64,000 nucleotides of DNA from an uncultured Oligoflexales bacterium (GTDB lineage Bacteria; Bdellovibrionota_B; Oligoflexia; Oligoflexales; CAZLMG01): positions 31,930 to 95,929 of the forward strand of contig CAZLMG010000007.1 of NCBI GenBank assembly GCA_964560765.1, in the 5' to 3' direction. The notes under the pieces were generated by a model. It had not been told where the DNA came from, ran no database searches, and saw only the letters and a program-made list of their open reading frames with translations. Below are positions 55,315-64,000 of the stretch, in pieces. Positions within the stretch are counted from its first letter, which is position 1, and each line of letters starts with the position of its first letter. The translations under genes were made by a program, and so were the position numbers.

Positions 55315-56223
55315 ATGATCACGATTCGCACTCGAAGATTTTCCACGGTCCTCTCGTCGCTGATGGCATCATCGCTTGTAGCTTTCGCTCTCGGATGCGC
55401 GTCAGGAGAGGAGGCGGAGACGATGAGTGAAGAAGTTGTTGCCGAGGGTGAGCCTTCCGGCGAACAGGCCGCAGATGAATCGGCGGCGGTTGATGCGGCC
55501 ATGGGGATAGGTGTAGATGACGAATTCACGCCTGCCGATGTTGAACTAGATGGTGCTTATGCAGGCGTTGGTCAAGACGCAGATGCCGCGGCGGCAGTAG
55601 ACACTGCTGAAGATCCCTCGCCTGTTATGGCGGAAGAGGAAGCTCCAGCGGGCTCTCTCTACGACGCTATTACTAGCGAATCGAGCGCAGACGCCGTCAT
55701 CGCAGCCACGGAGGACTCTGTTGCAGACGCTCCGGCGAGCTATGGAATGGCAGAGAGTTGGTCCGAGCCATCGAATGATTCGCCGGCACGCGCCGCACCA
55801 GATCATGAAGCGACATACATTGTTCGGGTTGGCGATACGCTGGGGGAGATTTCGTTGCGGGTCTATGGCACATCACGACTTTGGCGTGAACTAGCTGATC
55901 TGAATGGGATTTCCGACCCCTCACGGATCATGCCAGGTGACGAAATCCGCTTTGATGTCGGCAAAGGTAGCGCCCGTCAATACGCGGAAAGGAACGGCGG
56001 ACAGGCTCGGTTGCAGGTTGTCGTCGCTGCCGGCGAGACCCTCAGCAGCATTGCTGCCCGTCTGTATCAAACCGAGTCAGCTTGGCGCTATTTATGGCGG
56101 CAAAATCGTGATCAAGTTTCTGATCCAAATCGCATTCGAGTGGGCCAAAAGCTCGTATATGTAGCTCACTCTGCGAATACGGCGAGCAGCGGCCAGGGAA
56201 CCAGCAAGAAGTCGACTCACTGA
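55315..56223 (+). CDS. LysM-repeat lipoprotein
   Basis: Lipobox LVAFALGCASG, an acidic Ala/Glu/Asp-rich linker, and two LysM repeats (YIVRVGDTLGEISLRVYG...LNGISDPSRIMPGDEIRF and VVVAAGETLSSIAARLY...VSDPNRIRVGQKLVY). Confidence 0.8.
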   Translation: MITIRTRRFSTVLSSLMASSLVAFALGCASGEEAETMSEEVVAEGEPSGEQAADESAAVDAAMGIGVDDEFTPADVELDGAYAGVGQDADAAAAVDTAEDPSPVMAEEEAPAGSLYDAITSESSADAVIAATEDSVADAPASYGMAESWSEPSNDSPARAAPDHEATYIVRVGDTLGEISLRVYGTSRLWRELADLNGISDPSRIMPGDEIRFDVGKGSARQYAERNGGQARLQVVVAAGETLSSIAARLYQTESAWRYLWRQNRDQVSDPNRIRVGQKLVYVAHSANTASSGQGTSKKSTH

Positions 56224-56293
56224 AAACAGCCGACCGGGGTTTGATGTCCGGCGCGTTGTCCTGTAGATCCATAGAACTCTAGGAGAGAATAGA

Positions 56294-56323
56294 GGGGGAC
56301 CTTTCAGGTCCCCCTACTTTTTT
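56294..56323 (+). terminator. rho-independent terminator after the LysM lipoprotein gene
   Basis: GGGGGACC-tttca-GGTCCCCC is a perfect 8-bp GC-rich stem, followed by TACTTTTTT. Confidence 0.75.
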
Positions 56324-56430
56324 CTGACAATGCCTTCAATCCAAGTCTGATCTCGTCAGTTCACCAGTCTAGTTGTATCCTACGCAGGAACATTGATTTG
56401 CAGCCGAAGTGCGGCTAAGGGAGCGACAAG

Positions 56431-57012
56431 ATGACGGCTCATATCATCACCCCCAATGAATATCGCCAGATGCAGTGGAAAAATGGCCGTGGTTCGACCC
56501 TCGAGGTTTTCGCGGTACGTGATGATACGGATTTCCTCTGGCGTCTGAGTATCGCGACAATTGAAGAGTCCTGTCCCTTTTCAAATTTTCCGGACCATCA
56601 GCGGATTTTGATTCCGTTAGAAGGCGATCCCGTGCAACTTCAGCACGATGGCGGCGACCCAGTGACCATTAAAATGCTGCAGCCCTATCGTTTTGACGGC
56701 GCCGCCCAGACCGCCTGCGCGTTATTGGGCAAGCGGGCAGTGGATTTTAATGTGATGACGAGCAAATCCTATGGGACATCGGATGCGCGCGTGGCTTCGG
56801 GACCCTTTTCGAAAACACTTGAATTAAAGCGAGCGCGCCATGCATGTATTTATGTTCACCGCGGAGCGGCCTCGGTAACTGTCGACGGATACGTGGAAAA
56901 TCTTGGTGAATCTTGCACCTGGATGATGCAGAGCCCTTCCGGGATGACTCAGAGATCCGCAGAAGTGACTGGCAGTAGCGATTGCATTGTCGTCATGGTA
57001 ACTGTGGCCTAA
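56431..57012 (+). CDS. HutD/Ves-family protein
   Basis: N-terminal WKNGRGSTLEV motif and a size (193 aa) typical of the HutD family. Confidence 0.75.
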   Translation: MTAHIITPNEYRQMQWKNGRGSTLEVFAVRDDTDFLWRLSIATIEESCPFSNFPDHQRILIPLEGDPVQLQHDGGDPVTIKMLQPYRFDGAAQTACALLGKRAVDFNVMTSKSYGTSDARVASGPFSKTLELKRARHACIYVHRGAASVTVDGYVENLGESCTWMMQSPSGMTQRSAEVTGSSDCIVVMVTVA

Positions 57013-57039
57013 CGAGCTGGGAAGTTACATGAGCCAAAG

Positions 57040-57267
57040 GTGGGAGTTTTGACTGTGTCCGAGCAAAAGCCAAAGAATATGCATACCGAGGAAGTCGATC
57101 TTCACAAGCACGATCATGATGACAACGATGGACATCATGTGCACGGTCCAGGATGTTCACATCATCACCATAGGGGTGAAACTTACGTGCGAGAAAGCCC
57201 AAAAATTGGTCGGAACGACCCGTGCACCTGTGGTTCGGGCAAGAAATTTAAGAAGTGCTGCGGCTAA
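57040..57267 (+). CDS. small His-rich SEC-C motif (zinc-binding) protein
   Basis: C-terminus [19 protein letters not shown] is a canonical SEC-C metal-binding motif. It is preceded by [23 protein letters not shown]. An alternative GTG start at 57055 lies 8 nt after GGGAG. Confidence 0.65.
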   Translation: MGVLTVSEQKPKNMHTEEVDLHKHDHDDNDGHHVHGPGCSHHHHRGETYVRESPKIGRNDPCTCGSGKKFKKCCG

Positions 57268-58364
57268 CTAAATAGCACGAGAGCAAAACCTGCGGCGGCG
57301 CCGGTGCCGACTGCGGAAGCAAACCCTAAGAATAGCGGGCGCCATCCCATGGCGCGCAAAGTTGAAAAGTCTGAGTTCATCCCAATGGCAGCCGTTGCGA
57401 TGGTGACCAGAAAGTTAGTGGCATAATCCGTTGCTTCGAGAAAACGCCACCAATCTTGGGCGCGAATGACGCCAAAGGCAAAGTCTTCGTTGACATCTCC
57501 AAGAGTCCTAACGAGGCTCAGCACCACAAACCCAACGATGAAACCAGGAAGGTATTTCAACGTCTTGTGCTTATGGGCATTCTGCAAGCCATCGGGTGTT
57601 TGACGCATAATGACGAAGGCCAAGATGGGCGCCAGAAGGGCCAAAGACAGATTGCGAATCATCTTGGTAACCATGGCGACGTCCAAGACGTTGACGCTGT
57701 GAAACAGCTGCTCATAGAGAAGTGCGGCTCCAGCGACTTGTGCGGTGTCATGCACCGAGGATCCAATGAATACGCCGGCTGCCCACTCCTGCTCACTAAA
57801 TAGGGTGTTGGCCACGAAAGGGGTCACGAATAGACTCACGAATCCAAAAATCGTGATCAAGCAAACGGCATAAGTGGTCTCCCGTTGCTTGGCGTTACAG
57901 ATGCTCGCGGCCGCCATAATAGCACTTACGCCGCAAATGGCCGTTCCAAAGCCAACGAGCACGGTCAGCCGACGATCGAGTCTCAAGGCTTTAGCAACCA
58001 ATGCGCAGAATGCTAACGAGCAGACGACTGCAAAGGCGATAAATGGCAAACCGGTCAGTCCGATCCTAGAAACCTCACTTAGGCTCAGGCGGAGACCGAC
58101 CAAAGCAACGGCGATCTTCAAGAGAGAATTTGCGCTGAACTTGATACCCACTTGAGCGCGCTCGGGCACTTTCCCGAAACTGCCCAGAAAGATTCCAAAC
58201 AGGAGGGCAATGGAAACAGATCCGATGCCCTGAACTACTGTCCCCCAAAACCATATTCGCAAAACGTCGGCAGTCAGTACCGCCAGACTAGCTACGAACA
58301 TAGCAAGCGCGACGCCTGGGATGAATTGCCGGCATATTTCGAAAAATTTTCGGCTGGTTGGCAT
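57264..58364 (-). CDS. YeiH/UPF0324-family membrane protein (putative sulfate exporter family)
   Basis: Polytopic membrane protein of ~365 aa with YeiH-like segments ([16 protein letters not shown]..., [24 protein letters not shown]). The start is moved to the ATG at 58364, which avoids overlap with the divergent cytochrome gene. Confidence 0.65.
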   Translation of the reverse strand: MPTSRKFFEICRQFIPGVALAMFVASLAVLTADVLRIWFWGTVVQGIGSVSIALLFGIFLGSFGKVPERAQVGIKFSANSLLKIAVALVGLRLSLSEVSRIGLTGLPFIAFAVVCSLAFCALVAKALRLDRRLTVLVGFGTAICGVSAIMAAASICNAKQRETTYAVCLITIFGFVSLFVTPFVANTLFSEQEWAAGVFIGSSVHDTAQVAGAALLYEQLFHSVNVLDVAMVTKMIRNLSLALLAPILAFVIMRQTPDGLQNAHKHKTLKYLPGFIVGFVVLSLVRTLGDVNEDFAFGVIRAQDWWRFLEATDYATNFLVTIATAAIGMNSDFSTLRAMGWRPLFLGFASAVGTGAAAGFALVLFS

Positions 58365-58421
58365 TCGAAGTGGCACCGCGATATATTTATGACATCTTAA
58401 GTAACATTGCGGAATTGACCA

Positions 58422-59504
58422 ATGACTTTCTTGTTTGATGCTCGGGCCAATCGTCACTGTGCAGCGCAAAGGTGGACACGGCGGTGCTTTGGACTATTCC
58501 TGATCTTATCTTTGCAGGCACATGGACAGTCGGAGGAGCTTGACTCCATTTTCCTCCTCAAGCTCATTCCAAAGAGCCTCTTGACCTCGTACTATCGTGG
58601 GCCTGATCTGGCTAGCCTGCCTGACAATCGAATTTCCCAGGAAATCAAATACGGCTACGAACTGATCACCCGCACCGCCGAGTTCATCGGACCTGAAGGA
58701 AGCGTGGGCAAGTACGCAGGGAATCGGCTCAACTGTTCCAATTGTCATTTGGATGCAGGGCAGCGGCTATTTGGGGGGGCGTTTGCGACAACGCATGGGA
58801 GGTACCCAGAATATCGGTCACGTGATGACATCATTATCTCGCTGGCAGATCGCATCAACTACTGCATCGAGCGACCGCATAACGGCAAGTGGCTGCCACA
58901 AGACACGCGCGAGATGCGGGCCATGCTCATGTACATCAAGTGGTTGGGTCAGGACCGGGCGATAAACTCTAGACAGTTTGGCGATCAGCTGATGACGCTG
59001 CGAGACCTGGACCGTGCTGCAGACCCGAGGCGTGGAGAGGCTGTCTATCGAGTTCATTGTGAGGTTTGTCACGGAAAGAATGGTGAGGGGCAATGGAATG
59101 AAGATGGAAAGACCCATCTCTATCCACCGCTCTGGGGACCCGACAGTTACTCCATTGGCTCCAGCATGCATCGGGTGCGACCAGCGGCTGCGTTTATTAA
59201 GGCGAACATGCCATTGGGAGTCACGTGGGAGAAGCCACTGCTATCAGATGAAGAGGCTTTCGACGTTGCAGCGTTCATCAACGACGATCGCATTCATCCG
59301 AGACCCAGCATCGACGTCAGTCGAGATTATCCAGACCGATTTGAAAAGCCGATTGACTATCCATCCGGCCCCTACATTGATGGCTTTTCCGAAGTTCAGC
59401 ACAAATTTGGCCCTTGGAAGGCCATCAAGGAAGCTCGCAAACGTTTGCTGAAGGAACGAGCGCGGGGACTAGAGCCAACAGGAAGCCCACTGGAAGTCCC
59501 CTAG
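58422..59504 (+). CDS. dihaem c-type cytochrome, TsdA-like (thiosulfate dehydrogenase family)
   Basis: Signal peptide. Two CxxCH motifs (CSNCH, CEVCH). A conserved Cys 39 aa after the first haem His (RINYC) is consistent with TsdA/SoxA-type His/Cys ligation. NMPLG provides a Met ligand for haem 2. Confidence 0.6.
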   Translation: MTFLFDARANRHCAAQRWTRRCFGLFLILSLQAHGQSEELDSIFLLKLIPKSLLTSYYRGPDLASLPDNRISQEIKYGYELITRTAEFIGPEGSVGKYAGNRLNCSNCHLDAGQRLFGGAFATTHGRYPEYRSRDDIIISLADRINYCIERPHNGKWLPQDTREMRAMLMYIKWLGQDRAINSRQFGDQLMTLRDLDRAADPRRGEAVYRVHCEVCHGKNGEGQWNEDGKTHLYPPLWGPDSYSIGSSMHRVRPAAAFIKANMPLGVTWEKPLLSDEEAFDVAAFINDDRIHPRPSIDVSRDYPDRFEKPIDYPSGPYIDGFSEVQHKFGPWKAIKEARKRLLKERARGLEPTGSPLEVP

Positions 59505-59511
59505 TCGAATT

Positions 59512-60459
59512 TTACTTGATTGCAACCACGAGCTTTCCACTGGTGCGCCCAGCCTCCAACTCGGTATGGGCTTGGCGAATATCATCAAGGGCAAAAACCT
59601 TAGAGACAGTCGGACGAATGATTCCGCGATCGACGAGATCCGCGATTTCCTCCAAGTCTTTTGGCTCTCCTCGTAATAGCATGAAGTCCGTCTTGATGGA
59701 TCGACTAGCAGCCATGCTTAGAGAATCTGAGTCCGGCGGGTTCACAATGGAAGGAACAGCGCCACCCATGCGAGTTGCCGCGAGACTGCGCGGATAATTC
59801 AATCCGCCTATCGACTCGAGGATGATGTCCATGCCACCAACTCGATTGGCAATGGTTACGAAATCTTCCTGCCGGTAGTCGATAACGTGGTCTGCCCCCA
59901 AGCTGCGAACGTAGTCTGCCTTGGCTGAACTAGCGGTCGCAAACACCTCCGCTCCCATGTGCTTTGCATACTGGACGGCGAACGATCCGACTCCGCCAGC
60001 AGCAGCATGGATCAACACTTTTGAGCCGCGCTTGATACCGCCGAAGTCGCGTAATGCTTGAATCGCCGTCAAGCCAGCAACGGGCAAAGATGCGGCATCG
60101 ATCCAAGACAGATATGCGGGCTTGCGCGCCACAAAGCGCTCATCGACGATTACGAAGTCCGCATAGCCGCCATCGCGATCCAGCGGGTTAGAAAAGAATA
60201 CTTGGTCGCCAACCTGAAATTTTTGTACGTCGTTACCAACGCTGGTCACCACTCCAGAGATATCTCCGCCTAAAATTCGGGGAAACGTTGTCGGCAATAA
60301 GTCGTTCAGGTGTCCCTGACGAATCTTGAAGTCCACGGGGTTGAGGCCTACAGCATGTACTTCGACCAGCACTTCCGTCAGGGCTGGTGTTGGGGTGGCA
60401 ACTTCCCGAGACTCAAGTACTTCTGGGCCGCCGAACTTATCTATCACAACCGCTTTCAT
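59512..60459 (-). CDS. NADPH:quinone oxidoreductase (zinc-independent MDR family)
   Basis: MKAVVIDKFGGPEVL...VEVHAVGLNPVD and cofactor motif AAGGVGSFAVQ. The start is set at the ATG at 60459, 6 nt after GGAG. Confidence 0.85.
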   Translation of the reverse strand: MKAVVIDKFGGPEVLESREVATPTPALTEVLVEVHAVGLNPVDFKIRQGHLNDLLPTTFPRILGGDISGVVTSVGNDVQKFQVGDQVFFSNPLDRDGGYADFVIVDERFVARKPAYLSWIDAASLPVAGLTAIQALRDFGGIKRGSKVLIHAAAGGVGSFAVQYAKHMGAEVFATASSAKADYVRSLGADHVIDYRQEDFVTIANRVGGMDIILESIGGLNYPRSLAATRMGGAVPSIVNPPDSDSLSMAASRSIKTDFMLLRGEPKDLEEIADLVDRGIIRPTVSKVFALDDIRQAHTELEAGRTSGKLVVAIK

Positions 60460-60562
60460 CACTGACTCCAGTTTGTTTGGACGCATCTGCGTCGTGGAGT
60501 GGCATATTTAGCCGAACTTAAATCGCCTTCAAAATGAATTGCTAATATGATAGCTATGTCGT

Positions 60563-61471
60563 ATGCGACATATTAAGGGTAAGGACCTAAATCTATTGAC
60601 AGTATTTGCCGCCCTGTGGCGTGAACGGAACGTCACAAAAGCCGCCAAAGCCATAGGCATGACTCAACCCGCCCTATCCCGGGCATTGAGCCGATTGCGA
60701 TCCGATTTCAAGGATCCCCTCTTCGTACGCGTTGCCCGCGGCGTGACGCCGACAGAGAGAGCAGCGGAATTGGCTCCGTCCATTGTTAGTCTCGTTGATT
60801 CTTTAGAGCCCATATACGATGGTGGCGCTCGATTCGATCCTAGCCGACTCGAGCGAGTGTTTAATATCGCTACCAACGACTATTTTGAGTCCATTGCCGC
60901 AACCAACCTACTTCCATCGCTGCAGCAGGAGGCTCCTGGCGTGAGTCTGACATTTCGTCCAGGGCAGGGTGCGATACCAAAGGAAGCGATGGAGCGCGGC
61001 GAAGTCGACCTGATGATTTCGAGTATCTCGGAAGTGTTGGCGGAGGGATTCTATTTACAGAAATTGCTTACGGACCACTATCGCTCAGCAGTTAGAGCCA
61101 TGCACCCCATGCGGAACTCGAAAATGACCTTAGATGAGTTTTGTCGATGGCCCCATGCACTGGTGACGCCACGAGGCGACTTAAAGGGAATTGTGGATGA
61201 TGCTTTGAAGAAGAAAAACGCAAAGAGACACGTTGCTATTGGCTCGCCAAACTTTCTGTCGGCCGGTTGGGCCGTGGCGCATACAGACTGCATCGTCACC
61301 GCTCCCGGGTTGTTCATCGATAGACTAATGGGGCTGCTACAGCTGCGTGACTTCGAGACACCCGTGAACATTCCGTCGCTAGAGTTGTTTCAGGTCTGGC
61401 ATGCGCGCACACAACAGGACCCAGCGCAGAAATGGTTTCGCCAGAAGATTAAAGAAGCGTGCAAGACCTAA
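60563..61471 (+). CDS. LysR-family transcriptional regulator
   Basis: N-terminal wHTH DLNLLTVFAALWRERNVTKAAKAIGMTQPALSRALSRLR and a LysR substrate-binding domain. Divergent from the quinone reductase gene. Confidence 0.9.
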   Translation: MRHIKGKDLNLLTVFAALWRERNVTKAAKAIGMTQPALSRALSRLRSDFKDPLFVRVARGVTPTERAAELAPSIVSLVDSLEPIYDGGARFDPSRLERVFNIATNDYFESIAATNLLPSLQQEAPGVSLTFRPGQGAIPKEAMERGEVDLMISSISEVLAEGFYLQKLLTDHYRSAVRAMHPMRNSKMTLDEFCRWPHALVTPRGDLKGIVDDALKKKNAKRHVAIGSPNFLSAGWAVAHTDCIVTAPGLFIDRLMGLLQLRDFETPVNIPSLELFQVWHARTQQDPAQKWFRQKIKEACKT

Positions 61472-61684
61472 TCCCCATTTAGAAATTCTCTAAAGCTTCT
61501 CGCAAAATTGATCTTCGGTCTAACCCGTGGCAAACGTCGAATAATCCGCATAATTTGGCGTATTCCGCTACAAGACTCCCCTCCTTGACTGGCTGGTCAA
61601 ACCTAATGTTGTGTGCGCGCAACGCGATATGCTGTTTCGGTGATTATGAACAGCAGATGATCCACGGATTGAGGAGAGGCGTGA

Positions 61685-61912
61685 ATGTATACCATGCATG
61701 AGTATGAATTCGTTCGCCAGTACGCGGAGCGCTTAAAGCAGGCTGAGGTCACATATCAACGACTGCAGGCTGCGATTGTTGATGATAAGTCGAGCCAAAG
61801 GTCTTTGCCTGTTGAAGTCTTGGAGTTTACGGCTGGATGCTTTATGTGGGCAAGTAAGACGATCAATCGACAGGCGCAGCTGATGCATGCAAAACGGGCA
61901 CATCGAGTTTAA
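61685..61912 (+). CDS. hypothetical small helical protein
   Basis: 75-aa ORF with a strong RBS (GGAGAGG 6 nt upstream). Its stop TAA is followed by G and then the ATG of the Nudix gene, suggesting translational coupling. Confidence 0.4.
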   Translation: MYTMHEYEFVRQYAERLKQAEVTYQRLQAAIVDDKSSQRSLPVEVLEFTAGCFMWASKTINRQAQLMHAKRAHRV

Positions 61913-61913
61913 G

Positions 61914-62333
61914 ATGACTATACGAAATCGTGCCAGCGTCTTCGTCGTGCACGATAACCATGTTCTTGGATTTTACGCCGAAGATCCCGTCAGTCGCCGG
62001 CGCTACTTCTTTCCGCCCGGAGGCCTTATTGAGCCTGGTGAATCCCCCGCAGAGGCTGTGGTGCGGGAAACGCTTGAAGAAACAGGCTTCAGTATTCAAG
62101 TTGTGCCTGGTTTGCAATGCCGCCGACGTTATGACTTTGAGTGGAATGGAAACATCTATGACTGCCGAACACACTTTTTCCTGGGAAATCTCATTCATGA
62201 CAAGCCAGCACCGGTCGCTGATGCAGATTATCACCGTGGAGTCGGCTGGGTTCACGTTTCAGAGGTGGCAGAGGTTTTTGCGTACAGCGATGCCATCCTG
62301 GCGTCGTTTCAGCAGCTGGTGGCGTCGGTATGA
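61914..62333 (+). CDS. NUDIX hydrolase
   Basis: Nudix box GGLIEPGESPAEAVVRETLEETG. The start is set at the ATG at 61914 (MTIRNRASVFVV). Confidence 0.8.
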   Translation: MTIRNRASVFVVHDNHVLGFYAEDPVSRRRYFFPPGGLIEPGESPAEAVVRETLEETGFSIQVVPGLQCRRRYDFEWNGNIYDCRTHFFLGNLIHDKPAPVADADYHRGVGWVHVSEVAEVFAYSDAILASFQQLVASV

Positions 62334-62342
62334 ACGAAACAC

Positions 62343-64000
62343 CTACGGATGCTGTTTGGCTTTCACTAGCTTCGAAACCACATCGATGAGCAGATTTGGC
62401 TGCACTGGCTTGCTCATGTAATCGTTGAAACCATGGTCCATGCAGCGCTCTCGTTCTCCCGCCATGGCATGTGCCGTTAGAGCCAACACTGGGACTTGCA
62501 TGCCACGCTGTCGAATTCTTTTCATGGCTTGGTAGCCGTCCATAACAGGCATTTGCAGATCCATGAGGACGACGTCATACGTGGCGCCGTTCAGCGCTAC
62601 CAGGGCGTCGTCGCCATTGGCGGCGACCTGTACCTGAGCGCCACTCATGTCCAAAAACCGGGAAAGTAGCAGCTGATTATCGATGCCGTCCTCCACTAAT
62701 AGCACTCGAATGCCACTCAGGCGTCGACTCTCCCTAAACCAATCAGATGGCTTGTCCTGCGCTTGCGATTTGTGCTCTGGGAGAATGGAACCAGATCGCA
62801 TCGCTATGTCTGCCATGGGACCGGGATCAATAGTGATCGTGAACGTAGTTCCTTGATCGGGTTCACTGCGGGTGAGCACGACATCCCCACCTAAAAGACT
62901 GGCCAGGTGTCGGGAAAGAACCAGCCCTAAACCGGTACCTCCGAAGCGCCTGGTGATTGTACTATCAGCTTGCCCGAAAGGTTGAAACAAACGGAGCTGT
63001 TGTTCGGGCGTCAGGCCGCATCCCATGTCGGTAACTGAGATTCTGAGCTGAGGCTGTTTACCTGCGGAGTCAAGTTCGACGCGCACGTCGACACGTCCTT
63101 TGCTCGTAAACTTAATGGCATTGTTGACGATGTTGTTGATAATCTGGCGAAAGCGGCGGCGACAAGAAAAGATCGACGAAGGGATAGGTCCAGCGAAAAT
63201 GACCTGAAGTTCGAGTCCCTTAATTTGAGCTTCCGCTTGATGAGGGATCAAAATATCTGACAATTCTTCCATCAAGTCGAACCGAGTCTTGTCGATCGTA
63301 AGCCTTCCGGCTTCAACTTTCGCAAGGTCTAAAATATCGTCGATCAATTCCAAGACTTCAGACCCGTTGTGTCGAATTCTGTCCAAGAAACTCCTTCGAT
63401 CGGATTCCGAGCAATCTGGCTTGCCAAGCAGCTCTGCATAGCCCAGGACAGCTCCCAAAGGTGTACGGATCTCATGGCTCATATTGGCTAGAAACTCGCT
63501 CTTAGCCCGACTTGCGGCCTCCGCCGCATTCTGAGCAGCCACAGCCCCTTCTTCCGATAGAGTTTGCGATGTAACATCAAGGAATGCCAAAAGCGTCTGT
63601 TTCCTTGCATCGGGACCGCTAGTTGCACTGCGAGCACTAACTTGCACAATTCGGCGTCCAAGCCCTGGCAGAACCTGGTCAACCGTAATGCTATCCGTCG
63701 GTTTATCGCGGTAGCTGACCTTTTCCAAGCGATCCAAGAGCCCCGGATGGGCCAACTTCCCATCCACCAAATCAATAAGAGAATGACCAATGGTGCTGGC
63801 TGGGGTTGTCTTGAAGTAGGAGTAGAACGCGTGATTTGTCGTAATCACCTTATGGTTCAAATCAACAACTAGCAGCGGTACGGGGGTAGCCTGAATGATT
63901 GCATCGGCATATTGCAGGGCTTCCTCCAGCCGCTCATAGCTTCGTTTTAGGCTGTCGATATCTACCAAAGCTATGACGGTACCATCAATCCGATTGTCAG
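62343..64000 (-). CDS. hybrid sensor histidine kinase/response regulator (5' end outside the window)
   Basis: PAS-like region, H-box FLANMSHEIRTPL, N/G boxes (NNAIKFT, DMGCGL, GGTGLGL), and a C-terminal receiver (RVLLVEDGIDNQ, VLMDLQMPVMDG, SKP). The frame stays open from 63968 to nt 64000 (…DNRIDGTVIALVDID), so the gene is truncated by the window. Confidence 0.85.
   Translation of the reverse strand, partial: DNRIDGTVIALVDIDSLKRSYERLEEALQYADAIIQATPVPLLVVDLNHKVITTNHAFYSYFKTTPASTIGHSLIDLVDGKLAHPGLLDRLEKVSYRDKPTDSITVDQVLPGLGRRIVQVSARSATSGPDARKQTLLAFLDVTSQTLSEEGAVAAQNAAEAASRAKSEFLANMSHEIRTPLGAVLGYAELLGKPDCSESDRRSFLDRIRHNGSEVLELIDDILDLAKVEAGRLTIDKTRFDLMEELSDILIPHQAEAQIKGLELQVIFAGPIPSSIFSCRRRFRQIINNIVNNAIKFTSKGRVDVRVELDSAGKQPQLRISVTDMGCGLTPEQQLRLFQPFGQADSTITRRFGGTGLGLVLSRHLASLLGGDVVLTRSEPDQGTTFTITIDPGPMADIAMRSGSILPEHKSQAQDKPSDWFRESRRLSGIRVLLVEDGIDNQLLLSRFLDMSGAQVQVAANGDDALVALNGATYDVVLMDLQMPVMDGYQAMKRIRQRGMQVPVLALTAHAMAGERERCMDHGFNDYMSKPVQPNLLIDVVSKLVKAKQHP

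Noticed and set aside
58365-58469. The N-terminal extension of the YeiH ORF (track start 58469), and similar long-start versions of the ORFs at 54122, 52417, 60486, 61887, 13108, 37517, 40435 and 18400
   Set aside because: The extended starts overlap neighbouring genes or lack an RBS. Internal ATG or TTG codons with Shine-Dalgarno sequences, and N-termini matching family norms, were preferred.
1-64000. A search for CRISPR arrays, tRNA/rRNA genes, IS elements, integrases, phage genes, and classic defence domains (TIR, SIR2, HEPN, restriction-modification enzymes, reverse transcriptase, helicase-nuclease)
   Set aside because: I saw no regularly spaced repeats and no tRNA-like or rRNA-like sequence in the non-coding gaps. 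None of the ORF translations carry motifs of these families. The window looks like core chromosome.

Overview
This 64-kb window looks like core chromosome of a flagellated diderm bacterium. GC is mid-range by eye. The many lipoproteins, beta-barrel OMPs and REC+TPR proteins are reminiscent of Bdellovibrionota or deltaproteobacteria-type genomes, but that is inference only. I call about 60 tightly packed CDS. I found no rRNA, tRNA, CRISPR array, transposase, integrase or phage genes. The dominant feature is a 12.8-kb, 17-gene minus-strand flagellar operon (37267 to 24504): fliL-fliM-fliN-fliO-fliP-fliQ-fliR-flhB-flhA-flhF-flhG-fliA-cheY, followed by a PilZ-like gene and a membrane coiled-coil gene. 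The rest is mostly housekeeping: sucCD-macro-murB, trxB-apbC-DUF971, dacB, smc, ssb, hldD, a Tat component, a phosphosugar mutase, UDP-glucuronate decarboxylase, and MoeB/ThiF with a rhodanese domain. There are also redox and sulfur genes (TsdA-like dihaem cytochrome, YeiH), a LysR/quinone reductase pair, a hybrid histidine kinase cut by the window end, and several orphan lipoproteins and OMPs. I see no clear new defence, mobile or toxin system. The best candidates for undescribed biology are: (1) a FliO with a signal peptide and an AMIN-like periplasmic domain; (2) the PilZ-like plus DUF2802-like pair at the operon tail; (3) a REC-REC-TPR protein whose CheY-like second receiver has Glu in place of the phospho-acceptor Asp, with a REC-TPR paralogue elsewhere in the window; (4) an AstD-like aldehyde dehydrogenase homologue that keeps the catalytic Cys but appears to lack the Asn, Lys and Glu catalytic residues; (5) two perfect 16-bp palindromes in divergent promoter regions, one sharing an 11-mer with the LysR promoter; (6) an orphan gene trio at 2.8-6.4 kb. 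All functional calls come from by-eye motif recognition. No searches were run.
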